Both the position numbers and the translations under genes were made by a program. Shown in pieces: positions 23,950 through 38,321 of a DNA stretch of 64,000 nucleotides. Below the pieces are notes generated by a model that saw only the letters and a program-made list of their open reading frames with translations, ran no database searches and was not told where the DNA came from. Location of the stretch: NCBI GenBank assembly GCA_028023455.1, contig JAQFVV010000001.1, positions 12,586,001 through 12,650,000 of the forward strand, read 5' to 3'. Source of the stretch: Epiperipatus broadwayi (taxonomy: Eukaryota; Animalia; Onychophora). Every line of letters begins with the position of its first letter. Position 1 is the first letter of the stretch.

Positions 23950-26900
23950 CTGAAATAAAGATAAAATAAGTTTTATAATTTGGCAAAAAAAGTTTAAAGC
24001 CCGTAGCCATACACCAACGAACGTCAATATTTTATTGACATTAAAATTAATCAAATTATCCTTAATGTGAAGATATTTTCTGATTCGCTTCTCATCAAAT
24101 CAGCGGATAATTTCCCAGATTAGATGTTAATTTTGTTTATAAAAATATTATTACTTATACTTTCTACTGTTTCGAAAATAATAGTGTAATATTATCTAAC
24201 CATGAATTTATATATACGTTTACGTATATATATATATATATTTATGTAATATTGTAGAAGGTTTAAAGCATATAGCAGAAAGAAACAACTATCATATTCG
24301 TGTTATACTTTGGATATGTGGTCCAAAAATGAACTTAATTACATGCCAATGCAATTATTTTTTTAAATAGATAAAATTATAAAAAGATAGTCTTTAATTT
24401 TCTAAGTATGTGATGTGTGGGTGTGTACCAGATTTCTTTGGGTTTATAAAAAATATACTTCTTAATACCAGTAATTTGGCTTAAATGTATTCAAAATTAC
24501 AGAACTGTTTAATGTTTTATAACTGAAAATCTCAAGAGAATAATTACATTTATCAAAATTGAGGAGGAAAGCTAATGTAATAAATGAATTAGAAATCAAT
24601 GCATACTAAAAAATTGATGAAGATTATGAAAAATTATAGAGATCACCTATAATTGAATCTATAGAATTCATCAAAACTATCAGTCATAAGCTTCATAAAA
24701 ACATTTATAAACAGCTGCTAATGTAAATCCTTTTTTTTTTTTACATATATTTTTTATATAAATTCTATAATATAAAAATGCTGTTGTAAGGATAATATCT
24801 GGATAAAGTATATCATTTGATAAGAAAAAAAAAACAGTTTACACTTTTTTTAATTTCCAAAGAATTTATATCTGGTAATTACCAAGTGGGGTTTATAAAT
24901 AAGGCTGACTTTCACCAGTTGAAAAATGTAGAATTGTTATAATCTGGACAGACAAATGGTAATTTCATGGTCCTATATTAAGCTTGGATGCATCACATTT
25001 ATGAACTTTTTAAGCACATTTATTGGTCAAGTTTATCCTGTGCTATAAAGATATGATATTTAAATAACACTTACTTCTAAGATAATATGGTTCTATATCA
25101 CATAGCACACACAGCCAAATAAAAATTTAATAAACATTAGACTAATGTTATAATCTCTTATGATCTTTTCAGTAAACTGGTTAAAATATTTTTTGAGCAT
25201 CTACAATACATTATTAATTAACAAGTAAAAAGTGATATCTTTCTCAGAGAAGGTGAGACTTGCTATCTATAATCTATAGGTAATAACTTAATGCTTATCT
25301 AGACATTATTCCCATGGTGTATAATTTTATGTCACATAAAATACACAAAAGTGATACACTGATAATTTAACATCTTTTCTAATACTTTGTGAATATGGTA
25401 TATACATATATAAACCTTTATAAAAATAGACATGCAGATTTAAAAAAATAGATAGCTATTCATGTTGTATTATTAAAATTGAATAAAATGAAATATTTTA
25501 ATAGTCAAAAAGAGTATATGGTAAGATAGTATTGAATTAATTTATCAATGTATATATATATTGAGAGGAATTATTTATTTTCAGGATAATTTTTTCCTCT
25601 CAGATAAGTATTATTAAGCTTATTAAAGTTACATTAATTAAATGATAATATGATAAGTTCCAAACAATTTAAATAGTAAGAATATGAATATTTATAATTT
25701 ATTAAGGATAGTGATAAAAAAGAGTAAAAAGTACTAAGAAAAAGAAAAGAATAAAATGCATATTAATAATTTTTTTTTTTAAAAAAAGAGATAAATAAGT
25801 AAAATTTCATGTACTACTTATCAGGTTTTTAAAAAAAAATTAAAAAAAAAGATTTTAACATTTTTGATAAAAATGTTTTTTGTTTAAAAATTTAATTAAA
25901 GTTATTTTTCTTTTCTCTTTATCTCTCTAAAACAAAATAATGTTCAAATAAAAGTATAATTAAAGATTATTCTGTGATTTTTTTTTGGCAATTAAAAAAA
26001 ATAATAATAAAGGAATTTTTCAGTGGTTGGAATTTTTAATTATCCTTAAAAAAGAAGAGTAATAATCTTTTATAAAAAATATATTGGTCAGGATTTATTG
26101 CTGTTATGTCTGGATACAGGATTATTTCAAAAATGAAAACATAGGGGCAGGTTAAAGCATTATATTTTAATATTTAGATTAGTCAGCAAGTCATTTCTGA
26201 TTCATCTTGTAGCAGCTCAGTTGTGAAGAGAACAGGAAAAAGCTAAGCTTTTAGACTAAAGTAAGATTAATCTCACAATTAGTTTTTATAATTTATTTTT
26301 AAAAATAGATTTGAAACAAATCATGTGCTAAGCTTTATTTTGTAGGTGAACTTCATCAACCTTCACTATGTAGTCTGGTTACTAGAAGAAAATGTAAAAG
26401 AACAATATCTCTAGGAGACTGTAACAAACTTTGTGCTCCATTCAAAAGCATGATTGTCTCAGTCAGTGTTAGCCTGACCTTAAAATTATTGGGAAATAGA
26501 TAAATTCAGCTTGAATTAACCTCAAATAATTATATTATAAAATAAATAAATTTAACTATGGTTATTTACTTTAAAAATCTGTGTTAATGAATAAGTTATC
26601 ATAATGGAAATTTAATAAAACTTCTAGAAAAAAAAAGAATTATTTAAACACAACATATGAAACTTATAAAAAGAAAAACCAATATGAAAGAAACTGAAAG
26701 TTTAACTACAAAAGAAAGACTTAATGAATAAAACTGTCATAAAATAAAGTATAGTTGATATGCACATCTTCATTTACACATTTTCATTTATATAACTACA
26801 TTTCTAAATATTTTTTTAACATCAATAATAATTGATAGTAATTAATAATTTTGATTTCATTTTCTTTAACATGTTTTTTTCTTTATATTATTTTCCCTTC

Positions 26901-28279
26901 AAAATGTAATTGTATAGCCTTTCCACTTTGATAAAAAAAAAGAAAAAATTTTTTTTAGCTAATTAAAATTTTTTTAAATCCTTTTCTGTGAAATGCTGTT
27001 TTACAATATAGAGGAAATATTTCTGCTTAAAGCAAAGATTAATTAATTTAATTAGTAAGAGTCAAAAATATGGTAATATTACTTGTTATATGAAATTGTA
27101 TTTTGTTGATAAAAATGTATTTGTCTTGAAATTATCATAATTTTATATATTTTTTAAGATTATTAATTTATTATTTAATTTGAGATTATTAATTTATTAG
27201 TTAATTTTGTTAAATCATTGTTAAAAATAATAGTGTTAATGTCTTATTTCTTCAGCTACCTGTTCTATGAAGTGATAGCATATGAAACTTGATTTTAACC
27301 TAACATTTACTTTAATACATTTGTAGTTTATCCCAGTAAGAGTATTTAAATTAAGGTAGATTGAGTATTTACATTTATATTTTCTCTTGTTCACAGTCAC
27401 TGTCCCTAAGGTCTTTTTATCCTAAACTGGTTCTAGAACATAATGGTTAATTTATTTATATGTGGGGTTTAGGTTTGTGTTTGGACATCAGATAATTCTT
27501 TGGATGTCACAAAGGTCAAGATAATATTTACAATTAATTTACTGCACTTTATTATTTTTCAAATTGGAAACTATTTTATAGTTGGCCTGTATACTCATGG
27601 TACCATATGGCTACATCATTAATGACCAGCATGTATTAGAATCCCAGAATTTTTTTTACTATGATAGATACTTTAACACTTAAATATATGCATCCAGATG
27701 CTTTATATTATACCATAAGTTTGACATTGACTAGAAGATAATTAGCTTGATTTATAATGTATCTCTTTTGGATCCAGTCTGTGAGATGACTGTTAATTAT
27801 TCTTGTTTAATGCTGGTAATATAACAACTTATAATTATTGTGAAAATTTATTCTATGCTGATACTCATGCTCCATTTATATTTATTTACTTTATATTTGT
27901 CTATTGACTATCAATTTGTTAATAAATAAGATGATCGTGATATTCATATTTTTGTGATCATTTAGTGGGTATGATGATGATGATTGTCACCATTCTATAT
28001 TTACTTCTATGTTTCATACCATTACAATATATATAATAGTTTTAAATTTTTAAGTAAATAAAATGTTAATAAATAATCATGTATAGTAAATATAAAAATA
28101 TTATTAATAGTCATTTTGTACTGAGTTGTCACAATATATATAGCATTGTTTTTAATAAAATCTTGAAGTTTAGATGCTACAAATATTTAAATTGATCTTT
28201 ACTTTTGTTTTTAAATGTAAATTAAATCGAAGTAAACTACATTATACATTAAGCAATGTTTGTTTAATATTTTGTTGTT

Positions 28280-30900
28280 CTATATAATGTAACGGTCAGA
28301 AAACATGTGACTCGTAAACATAGTGCAGAATTCGACCACCATACAGAACAGCAGCACCATTGAGTAGTGAAGCCACCCATGGTACTGAGTTCGAACATAG
28401 TTTATCGGTTCCACAATACAATCCATGAAACAACGCATCTGATGCAACATTAGTAAATGTTTCCTTAGGCACGGTGGTCAGGGATATGCAAGAGAGTCAT
28501 GATTTTATTCTCGAGTTAGCCAATAATCAAACTAATATTAATTAAACATTCATATTTACATAATCGAGGAAATATTAGATAGAATGGGTATCGAATAAAT
28601 GAAACGTAATTACAGACGTATAGTTTAAAATTATTTATTAATACATTTTAATAAAACAATCATTAATAATATTTTATGGACTAACAGTTTCAGTAGCGGG
28701 ATTTGCAACATGATTATATTTTAAAGAATACATTTATTTATTTACACATTATTTTATATTGGGGACTCAGTAGCGGTATTTCTGATACTGTAATGTTTAC
28801 AAAGGGAATTCACTTATTTGAAGGCTTAATCTAGCTACCTAAAATTCTCGAGTAAGTATTTCTAATGCATGCCTTGGGGAATTTATACCTTTGCAATGCA
28901 AGAGTCTAAAGTAAGATTTAAGAGTAGCGGCGGACATATATTTATTTAATTAAACTATTTATTTTATGACTAAGGGCAAACATTTATTTGAGAGTGAATT
29001 ATGAAGATAATGCAGAGGCGGAGTGATATATAGAATAATAGAATTGAGCAAAGGAACACGTGGTACGCTTTAGAAAGGCGATATGGAATGGCAGTATATT
29101 GAAACTGCAATGCCGCGAATGAGTTTATAAAACTGTCGGGCTGGTCTCTGCTGTGGCCCGACGAAGTAAGGTGTCACATAAGCATAACCAGGAACAAGCG
29201 GTACGTGTCGCAATTTGCCAGCTGGCTGCATGACAGGTCAAATCCTACGGGAGAATTTATTATGTCCACTTGTGCAGGACGACGGGGGTTAATTTCAACC
29301 CTGAAGAATCCGGAATATTTACGGCGGAATAGATCATCACGTCTCTAAAACGTAACACATGTATACTGTATAAAAGATTATGATGAGATTTCAACAGATT
29401 TCTAACTCGGTCCTACATTATCAACATTTATTAAAGAAAGTTGGCGACTCTCAAAGAAATGTAATTTTCTGGAATTATTCATGATGATTTAGTAAATACA
29501 AAACATATATATAAATTGGGAATTATTATAACTATTACGTCAGCCATTTGTGAAGTTGTAGACCCCTGCATTACAATAAATGAAGCATTGAATGCATGTC
29601 GATTTATATAAAAGTTAAGTTATTAAAGAAAGTAAATATTAATGAAAATTTGACAGATTCATTGTTTTAAGTGATATAGATTTAAACTTTGAAAATTGAA
29701 ATAATTATGAGCATGAATAATTAAATAATAACTATAGATAGAAATGTAGATTATAGAAATACGCACAAGATAGAATGAGGTAAGCTAGATTAGTAGAGAA
29801 ATTTACACATTAAGTTAATTATTCAGTTTTAGCTATACATATGGTAGTTTTTACATTTTATAATTTAGATAAGTATTATGAAGAAGAGTATAGCATATTA
29901 TTAGAGTACTCTAGAGTTTGAACACAGACAGGTACCTGTTTTATAAGAAGTTTTCTTATTCCATGAGTTTAGCAGCAAAAGGTTCACGAGTGGCAAGTCT
30001 TTCTTGTATTTAGATATTTCATTTAATTTCACAGCAGCAGCAGCTTTTTTATTTATTTCAGGCAGCAGATCTTCATGGTGAATTTATGACAGGCAATGGA
30101 AAGTTCAGCATCCGATAGGCCATCTCCCGATGGAGAATAATCTAGGTGCTTTACTCGGTCATACCTTGGCAGGAACAAATTATTTTATATTTTTGGAGAC
30201 TCTCAGTGATCGAGAGAAAGTAAAGTTTAAGTGAATGTCTCAGAAGTCTAAGATGGCCTCTTTTTTATCTTGATCTCTCACGTTTTTGTTAAGGTATTTT
30301 TAGGTTCTATTTAATTTGCCCTGAGGATAATCAATGCATTTTGTTGGTTTTTAATTAAAGAAAGCTGCCGTTCTATTGTTTACATTTTACATTTACTAAT
30401 TAATTTTTTGGGGAATTTTTCTTTAATTAATCTATTATCTATCACTGACCGATGCTTTTCAATTTCAAAGACAAAAAGGGAACATAAGATTATTTTAACT
30501 TTTAATTAAATATTACATCAGATTTTTTTAGAATTATTATTAAACGAAATTTAAAAAAGCAATAAATAGAACTTTATAATGCAAAATAAATGATTAAAAT
30601 TATACAAAATTATATAACTAAAAGAAATCTAAATTATATTATTTTATCCCTATTTATTGCGTTTAATTTGAGATCGAAATGTGTGCGTGTTTATGCTGAA
30701 TTCTACAAATATTTATACATTTTAATATAGTACACACACAATTCGATATCAAAAAGTTTAAATTTGGGCAGGATAGACCGGTCAGTGAGAGATGACAGAA
30801 AAAGGTGAAACTTAAGATTCAAATACGAATCTTACTGTTTCAATAATGTATACTGATTTTGGCACTCACAGATCTGGCAACTCCTGAGCAATAAGTCATT
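28280..30900. promoter_or_regulatory. CpG-retaining intronic island; candidate enhancer or internal promoter
   Basis: Dozens of CpGs versus only a couple in 25000-28200. Repeated AGTAGCGG motifs (28692, 28769, 28923), CACGTG E-box near 29057, no long ORF. Confidence 0.35.
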
Positions 30901-31155
30901 TACAATTTTTTTTATTTAATCAGACAAAAAGAATCTATTTCTATCTATAAACTGAGTTGTTTATTAGTATAGCAAGTATGGCAAATAGCATTTGTGAGAT
31001 TCAGCACCAAATTCATGGGAATGTTTCAATAGCCCAATTCAGATTGACCGTAAGTAATATCCACATGATAGAATCTCTAAATATTCATTTTCATACCTTG
31101 TGAATTCTCAATTCATTGTAAATATGGAGGAGAATAATTAATCAGCATCAATTAA

Positions 31156-32053
31156 TACAAGGAGGTATCCAAGAAAATCTCCAGAATTTTGTAATAATGT
31201 ATTTACTTTTAGATATTACAAATTGAATCACCTTCAAAGTACTGTCCATTTGAAGCAATGTACCAGTCTAAATGTGTTTTTGACTTTTTAAAGCAGTTCT
31301 GAAAGTCCTGCAAAGTGATGCTTTTTAACGTGTTCACCTTTTTTTTTCATTACTTCCAAATCTGCAAACCATTATTCTTTTGAAGCATTTTTCATTCAGA
31401 GGAATAAGATGAAGTTCTATAGAGTGAGAATGGATAATTATAGTAAATGGATAAGCTGACAAATGCTGTTTTTTGATTAAATATTGTTTCACACTCAAAA
31501 TTTTATGGGTTGGTGCATTTCCCACCTTGCATAAATTGAGACATTTTTATTTTATCACATCATACAATTAATTCAGAACTTGTAGGTAAAATGCCTGACC
31601 ATTACATATAAATTCTGAGTAAACAATTCTGATTGCAAAAAAAAAATCAGCATTGTCTTTATATTCGGCTTCTCTTGCCATGTTTTTTGGGGATATGATG
31701 AATTTAAAATCTTCCATTAAACCACCCATAAGATTGTATTTTCCCTAGAGCATCTTTCTTGTAAGTTGTTTCAAGCACTACAACCATCTCCCTGTAATTA
31801 TTGTTAACAAAAGATAAAATTTCACATTGTTCCAACTTTTCAGCCATCACAAAAATCAACAAATAAAAATAAGTGAGATGCACTTCATGAAAAAATTTTC
31901 TACATGGTCCTACAAATTAACTTGATGATGCCAGTTAGCATAATGATGGAGGGGGGGCCTTGTAAAAGGAATGTACTGGTAGTAGTATGTACTACAATGC
32001 AATCACTCACCAAAGAATAATTCCAGTTTTTGTGGGTACAAATTTCACTTGTA
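31156..32053 (-). mobile_element. Internally deleted, decayed mariner (Tc1/mariner) transposon
   Basis: Minus-strand remnants MAEKLEQ..LETTYKKDALGKIQSYGWF, KTMLIFF, FYLQVL, GNAPTHKILSVKQYL (HDNAP-like) and QDFQNCF..YIASNGQYFEGD. One end is TAcaaggaggtatccaag; the other is a degenerate ..cttgTA. Confidence 0.85.
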
Positions 32054-34144
32054 ATACTTTGGAGGCATAGTTATTAAATATTTTAAAATTAAGATAATCT
32101 CAGATTTTGTATTTATATAAAAAAATGTATGCACATTTTATTAAAATATGTTAACAAAATTTCATTGCCAACTAATGATAGAATTATCTTGGAAAAGCTA
32201 TTTATCTGATTATTTTAAAGTGATGTCCAAAGTTATAAGTGAATATTACTGAAATTTTATTGGCTGATTAGTTTATAAAGTTGTTCCACATTAGTGATGT
32301 GCATATTTGGATTATATTTTGTAATGAGAAAAAATGATGATTTGAGATTGATGGTCACTAAATGGACTAAAATTATAAATAGGAAGCATGTATATATAAA
32401 ATATGATGTAACTTGAATTAAACAAAATAAATGGCCTGAGTATTATTATTTCTCTTGGCAGACAATTGGCAATAGGTAAGGATATAAGGAGTTTAAACTC
32501 AAATTTTCCGTTCAATATGTCCTCACGAATAAATAATACTACAATCCCTGTGTATGATTTTTGTTATTAATACTGTTTTCATGATGATGATGATTATAAA
32601 TTTAAAATTCTGGAAAAAATTCGTAAAAATCCACATATAAAGACACAGTCTGTTATCATTCCCATATATATATATATCTTTATATAAACAAATTACTAGA
32701 AACATACAAACAATATGTATGCACAAGATATGTCGATTAAAGTTGATATTTGACATTATAAACAGACAGCTAAATTTAATTAAATAAATAACAAATTTAT
32801 TGAATAACTACTATAACAACAACAATAATGATGCAATCTTTTTTGTAATTCTATGTAACATTTATTTAATAAAATTCTTTGAAACATAATAATAAAATTA
32901 TTAAACAAGAGATTATTATCAGGTCATATATGTATGTAAACATGTTACTGTGCTAATTTAATAGACAACCTGGGCAATTTTGGCATTGTTAAACGAATAC
33001 AAAATAATTTTTGAACGCACGCATATACATACGTAAGCAAATAGTACAATAATAATGTTAATTAATTAATTTTTAAGAACTAACACTAAACTTAAATACG
33101 CAGACTCTTGCGGGTACATGGCAACATATAAGCAAAATGTTTGAACTATTTAAACTTGACTGTATATTTTAAGGCTAATACTATTTAATAAAACCAAAAT
33201 TATAAATCTATTAATATTCAATCCTGTAATAGATTACGTACATAATTCAAATATCTAGGATTTTGTTTAATCATCATTAGTGTGTTATATACCCTCAAAT
33301 CTTTACTTTCTAAAATTGTTTAAACAAAATTATTAAGCAATTCTGAATTTCCAAGTCCTTAAAAAAATGTATCTGATTATTTTCTCTGTAAACTTATTTT
33401 AAAACAATACTGAATTGTCATAGTTATCTCTACAAGCTACGACCAAAATTTTAAAACATTTTTTTTTTCCTTTTCAGTTCCATCCTTTCATTTTAAAAAC
33501 CACTGGCTCTATCGGATAAACTTATGCAGATTGTGGCTTTTTATGAAAATGATTTTTATTCTTAAATCATAAAAATAAATTTATTTTCCAGCAATGTTTT
33601 TACATTGGATTTATGTTTCTTGTTAAAAAATTTCTATATATCATATGTTTGTAGCTAATATTATGCTTCATTTATAATGACAGTTAACTTCCTCTATCTG
33701 ATTGTGTTATTTATATGAAAGCATAACTGCTTCTTATGTATGTTTTCCTGAATGTGATGATGGTGTTTTAGTTGCATTTATATGTTGGATTATTTCCATC
33801 ATTTAATGAGTATTGAATGTCCTTAGAAAAATTTAACTTTATTTAAACATTCCAAACTGATGATTAGAAGAAAGAAAACAGATGTGTTTAAGGTAGCAGA
33901 CCATGTATGTGCCAATGAACATATGTCTAGTTGAGAAAATACAAAAATATTGGATAGATAAGAAAAGGTACAAAGAAAAAAATTTAAAGAAGCTGCTCAC
34001 ATGGCAATGGCAAGCAATCCATAAGTCAACCTAGTGTGACTATACATAATGTATGGAAAACACTAATCAACTTTTCCTTAAAAAAAATATAGAAATCTGG
34101 AGGAACCTCATAGATAAGTATATGAAATTTCTATTGACTGTTGC

Positions 34145-34235
34145 CTTTGGCAGAATGGCTCAGTTGGTTAGAGTGTTACCTTAAAATTCAATAATCAAGA
34201 ATCTAAGAGATCATGTTCAATTCCTATGCTAGTAC
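34145..34235 (+). mobile_element. Degenerate tRNA-derived SINE head
   Basis: A-box TGGCTCAGTTGGTTAGAG and B-box-like TGTTCAATTCC; no intact cloverleaf, no clear TSD. Confidence 0.45.
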
Positions 34236-36097
34236 TGTCACTGGTCATGTCAGCAACAACTAAAGAAAAGGAGAGAATAATACCTCTCAAAACATTATGT
34301 GTATACTAACATGTGTGCTACTACTAACAGTTGAATGTATTCAGAATATTTAAATAAAGTTACTTTTTTAAAAAAAACATTCAATTCTAATTATATTTAG
34401 GTAGTAAGAATATTTGTTATTCTTCTTCAGTAAATCACCCTCATTGGCTTCATAGATAAATAACTTAGGCCATAATTAGCTTCATTGGTAAGAAGGCACT
34501 GGATAAATATACTGTTTTTTGATTTATATTGGATAGTTTTATTTTCAAACTTTGGAAAAACAGTAATGATCTACAGATTTTTAGCAATCTATGGAAAACC
34601 TAATAATCATTATGAGTTACACCAGCATGCATTTTTACCACTATAAGTTTATCTGGCATGACATCCTATTAGCAACATGTCTTTTCTTACAGTTCACACT
34701 CCTCTGTTAAAGTAAGCTTTTGAATAAGTAATGTTAACTTAAAAATATTATAAGAGCATTGTAAACAAAATGTGGATATTGAACAAATGTTCATCGAACA
34801 ATATTTTATTTAAAAAATATATAGCGAGAAAGGAGTGATAATAGGTAAATAATCTGATATAAAATTATCAGTTGTTTTAATTAATAGAATTTAAGAAACT
34901 TTTCCTAAATAGGATATGATTTAGATATATTATCATATTTGTTAATACAGTCTGATCTAAAAATTTCAATGATCTATCTATTTTTTTGATGGTTAATAGT
35001 TTTTTTGATAAGATCCTAGTGATTGTAAAATATATACTGTGATTAATATTCATAGCATAGAGGGGCATTGTTGTTTTACTAAATTGGTATATTCATCTCT
35101 CTCCTAGCATCAATGTAATGTTTGTGTATTCTCACATTAAAGACCCTACAAACACCGCATGAGATCAAGTTTTTTTATATGTGAATAGAATGTTACTATT
35201 TTTTATTAATAGTATACATATTTTTTATGTTATAGCATATCAGAATATGTCCAATATTATCTACAGTTTTTTTTATATAAAAAACTCAAACTTTAATAAC
35301 TGTTGTCTTTGATCATGTTTCTTATGTAAAATATATTCTAAAATGTTATAATATAAAAATATGTATGCTATTAATCAGAAAATTACTAGCATTCTATTCA
35401 GACTTAGACTCAACTTCTCTTGAGGCAGAGTGTTTATGAAATCCCAGGTGAAATCTCTGATATGGATATAATAATTGCACTGGTGCTAGAAAAAATAAAT
35501 ACCCAAATGCAGTAAAGAAGTATTCAACATTATTAGAACTCTCCATTCACATTATGAATCATAGCCACAATATAGATTTTTTAACACAACTATCTTGATG
35601 TGACATTCATCAGCTATGGAAATTCTTAAGACCCTAAATTGTGTCAACAAACAAAGTGATACATACTTCACTTGGAATTTTTTTTAAAGCTCGTTAATTA
35701 AACCAATTGTTAATTGTACATCACATTATTAACCTACTGTTAGCCTCTTCATCACATTTTCTTTTTTTTTTTTTTTTATTAGATAGGCATTTGATCTTGT
35801 TGCATGCAGTTCTTGAAGCACCTCTGTACCATTTTAAAACTAATTGATAGCAGATAAATGTTCTATTAATTAATTACACATGAATGAATTTTGGGCAACA
35901 TATATTTTATCTCTGATGCCATAGAAGTCTTCATTTAACTTTACACACACATATAGATGTATTATATTAAAATAAGAAATTAATACTATACATATATATA
36001 AACAATACTTACAATGTATTTTATATTTCTATTTTTTAATTATTTGTCTTTTATTTATGTATCTATTTCTCTCATTTTGTGTCACTCATATACTAAC

Positions 36098-36793
36098 CTC
36101 ATTATTATTATTTCTTCTACGTTCTTGATCTTGGTCACTATTTCGAGAATGTCTTTTAGCTTCAGGGCCAGCCTGTCTAAATAGTTCTTCCAAACTTTCA
36201 TAATCAAATTGAAACCCATTTAAAGTTTCACCCACTTGTGTCCATAAATTATTTTTACCTATTACTTTATGTACAGGAATACGATTCCAATTTAAAGTTT
36301 TCATTTTTGCTTTAGGTTGTGGTGTTTGTTGTTGAGGAAGTTTTACTTTTTCTAATTCAGGTGAAACAGCAGATTCTTTTGAGTATTTAACTGTAGAATG
36401 AGAAAGAGGTGGAGGTGGTGGTCCTGCAGAAGGTGGTGGAGGTGGTGGAGTGTATCCTGATTGCGGAGGTGGAGGAGGTGGAGGTGGAGCTAATTCACTA
36501 AAATTTACAATTCCATCTGTTGCAATTCCTGCACTCTTATGTCTGGAATGTCTTTCTTCTCCATCTTTATGGCAAGAACAATAACATTTACCTTCTTTGA
36601 GAAGATCCAGTATTGCATAACCAGGAGAATGCAATAGTTTCTCAGCATCTTCTTTTTTTTCTGAGAGCGTAGCTCTATATACCAACTTTTCTGCTGTATC
36701 CCATATAACATCACTGATACTTTCATTTGGATCTACTTGAAGAAGGTGTTGCAAAATATTAAGAAATGGAGCTTCTAGAGGACTGTCAACAAG
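36098..36793 (-). CDS. INF2: Inverted formin exon, 696 nt, phase 0-0: end of DID/DD, poly-Pro FH1 and start of FH2
   Basis: Acceptor ttttaatag and donor gttagt. Encodes LVDSPLEAPFLNILQHLLQVDP..IWDTAEKLVYRA (compare INF2 [34 protein letters not shown]), three Pro runs, and KMKTLNWNRIP..NLWTQV..DYESLEELF. Confidence 0.95.
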
Positions 36794-37565
36794 CTATTAA
36801 AAGAAATATATTGGTTAATAACAATAACAACAGTGATAATAATAATAGATAAAAAAATAGTAATATTTTCTATGTTTTTTTACCAATGCATTGCTTAACA
36901 CAACTCCAACATATTGCAAATATCCATTAGTACAGAAAATCAATCTGAGACCTGACTTTCTGTGCTGGTGGATGGTGGCAATATGATGGAGGTGAGATGA
37001 GGGGTGTACTAAAGATCTAGAAAATAATATTAAATGCAAGTAAACAAAATGTATGCTATAATTTTACACAGGAGCATTGTATAAGCAATATACAGACTAA
37101 AATGAATTTTAATAAGGAACATATTCCAATTTTTAAAATTTAATAAGCAAAATAATTTTACATTTTTGTCTTTATAACTTTAATAACAGTTAAATGGTTT
37201 TATATATTCTATCAACTCATGTATAAAGATGGACAATATTTTGTGGCTTAGTACAATAGCAGAGTCTGAACTCAAAGCACATTGATTGTGCCTTTATGAC
37301 TATCATTTCCTTGAACTTCTTATAAATTTATGAACAATATTATATTCAATTATTTATTTTTTTATATATTGTATGTATTAGATATTAATTTATTAACCAA
37401 TGGTTAAAAAAATCAAAATAATAGATTATGATCATACTAAACATAGTTGACAATATTTTACCATCTTCTTAACATATATCAATATTTTATTACCCAAAAG
37501 ATTGGTTAAAAAAGCAAAACAATAGATGATGACCATACTAGTCATAATTGATATATATATATATA

Positions 37566-37822
37566 TGAAAAACAAAAACCAAGTTATAATCACGTAACTT
37601 GATATCGCTTGTATTTATGATCAATAGATGGCGTTTTACCAAAACCACCGAACAAAGCGTATATTTGTTTACATAAATGACAAAAGAGTCAGAATTCACT
37701 ATCTCTTTCGTTTGCCCACCCTCAGATCAGCTGATTTCAAGCTAATTTGCTATCATCAGTGAAGGATAGAGCTAGAAACTAGATCTAAACACTGACTCCA
37801 AGTGTTTATGCAAAAAGTTTTT
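37566..37822. mobile_element. Small (TA)n-flanked element with internal inverted repeat
   Basis: (TA)n on both sides. tttacataaa..gagtcag..ctatc pairs with gatag..ctgactc..tttatgcaaa. TAGATGGCG at 37625. Confidence 0.45.
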
Positions 37823-38041
37823 ATATATATATAATATTTAAATACATTTATATTGTCTATACTAAACTTAATGTACACATGTATTTAAATATTACATATT
37901 CAGGCTGCATTCTGCCCATCCTTCTCTTGTATAATTAAATGAACATATTAAGATCTTATATGTGAAGAGTCAGATTGACTTAAGGTCATCATGAGTATAA
38001 GAGTATATTGGCATCATCAAGGGCTTTGAACATCGCATTCT

Positions 38042-38321
38042 TAGATTTTCAATAATATGGATGGCTGAAAAGTTGGAGAGTGGGGAAAAATGAAGCTTAT
38101 TCATTAAAATTTGAAAATTTGCTATCTTAGTATAAACTGAGCACTAATTGTATATGTGTGTGGGAGATGGTGATCTAGACTAGCTAATGAGTGCTGGTCC
38201 AGCATGAAATATATATATTGGAAATAATTGATCTTTTTCATATGTATGTGGTCATGCATATCAGTTTGTATAAGATGGATTGGATAACTGTGGGGAGTTT
38301 TAAAGTCTGAGTTCAAGTCCC
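38042..38321. mobile_element. Single-arm fragment of the 20887-21556 MITE family (right-arm orientation)
   Basis: tagattttcaataatatggatggctgaaaagttggagag...atgagtgctggtccagcatg...aagtctgagttcaagtccc aligns with 21274-21556. Confidence 0.8.

Noticed and set aside
24600-25300. Very old RTE-like RT traces (GNYQVGF); similar traces at 58500-58900 and an endonuclease-like trace at 44300-44500
   Set aside because: Only one or two short motifs each; too decayed to support boundaries or family without a search.
36505-37039. ORFs 36505-36726 and 36815-37039 as separate genes or exons
   Set aside because: The first is an alternative frame of the formin exon. The second is intronic with no formin similarity, and the flanking real exons already join in frame without it.
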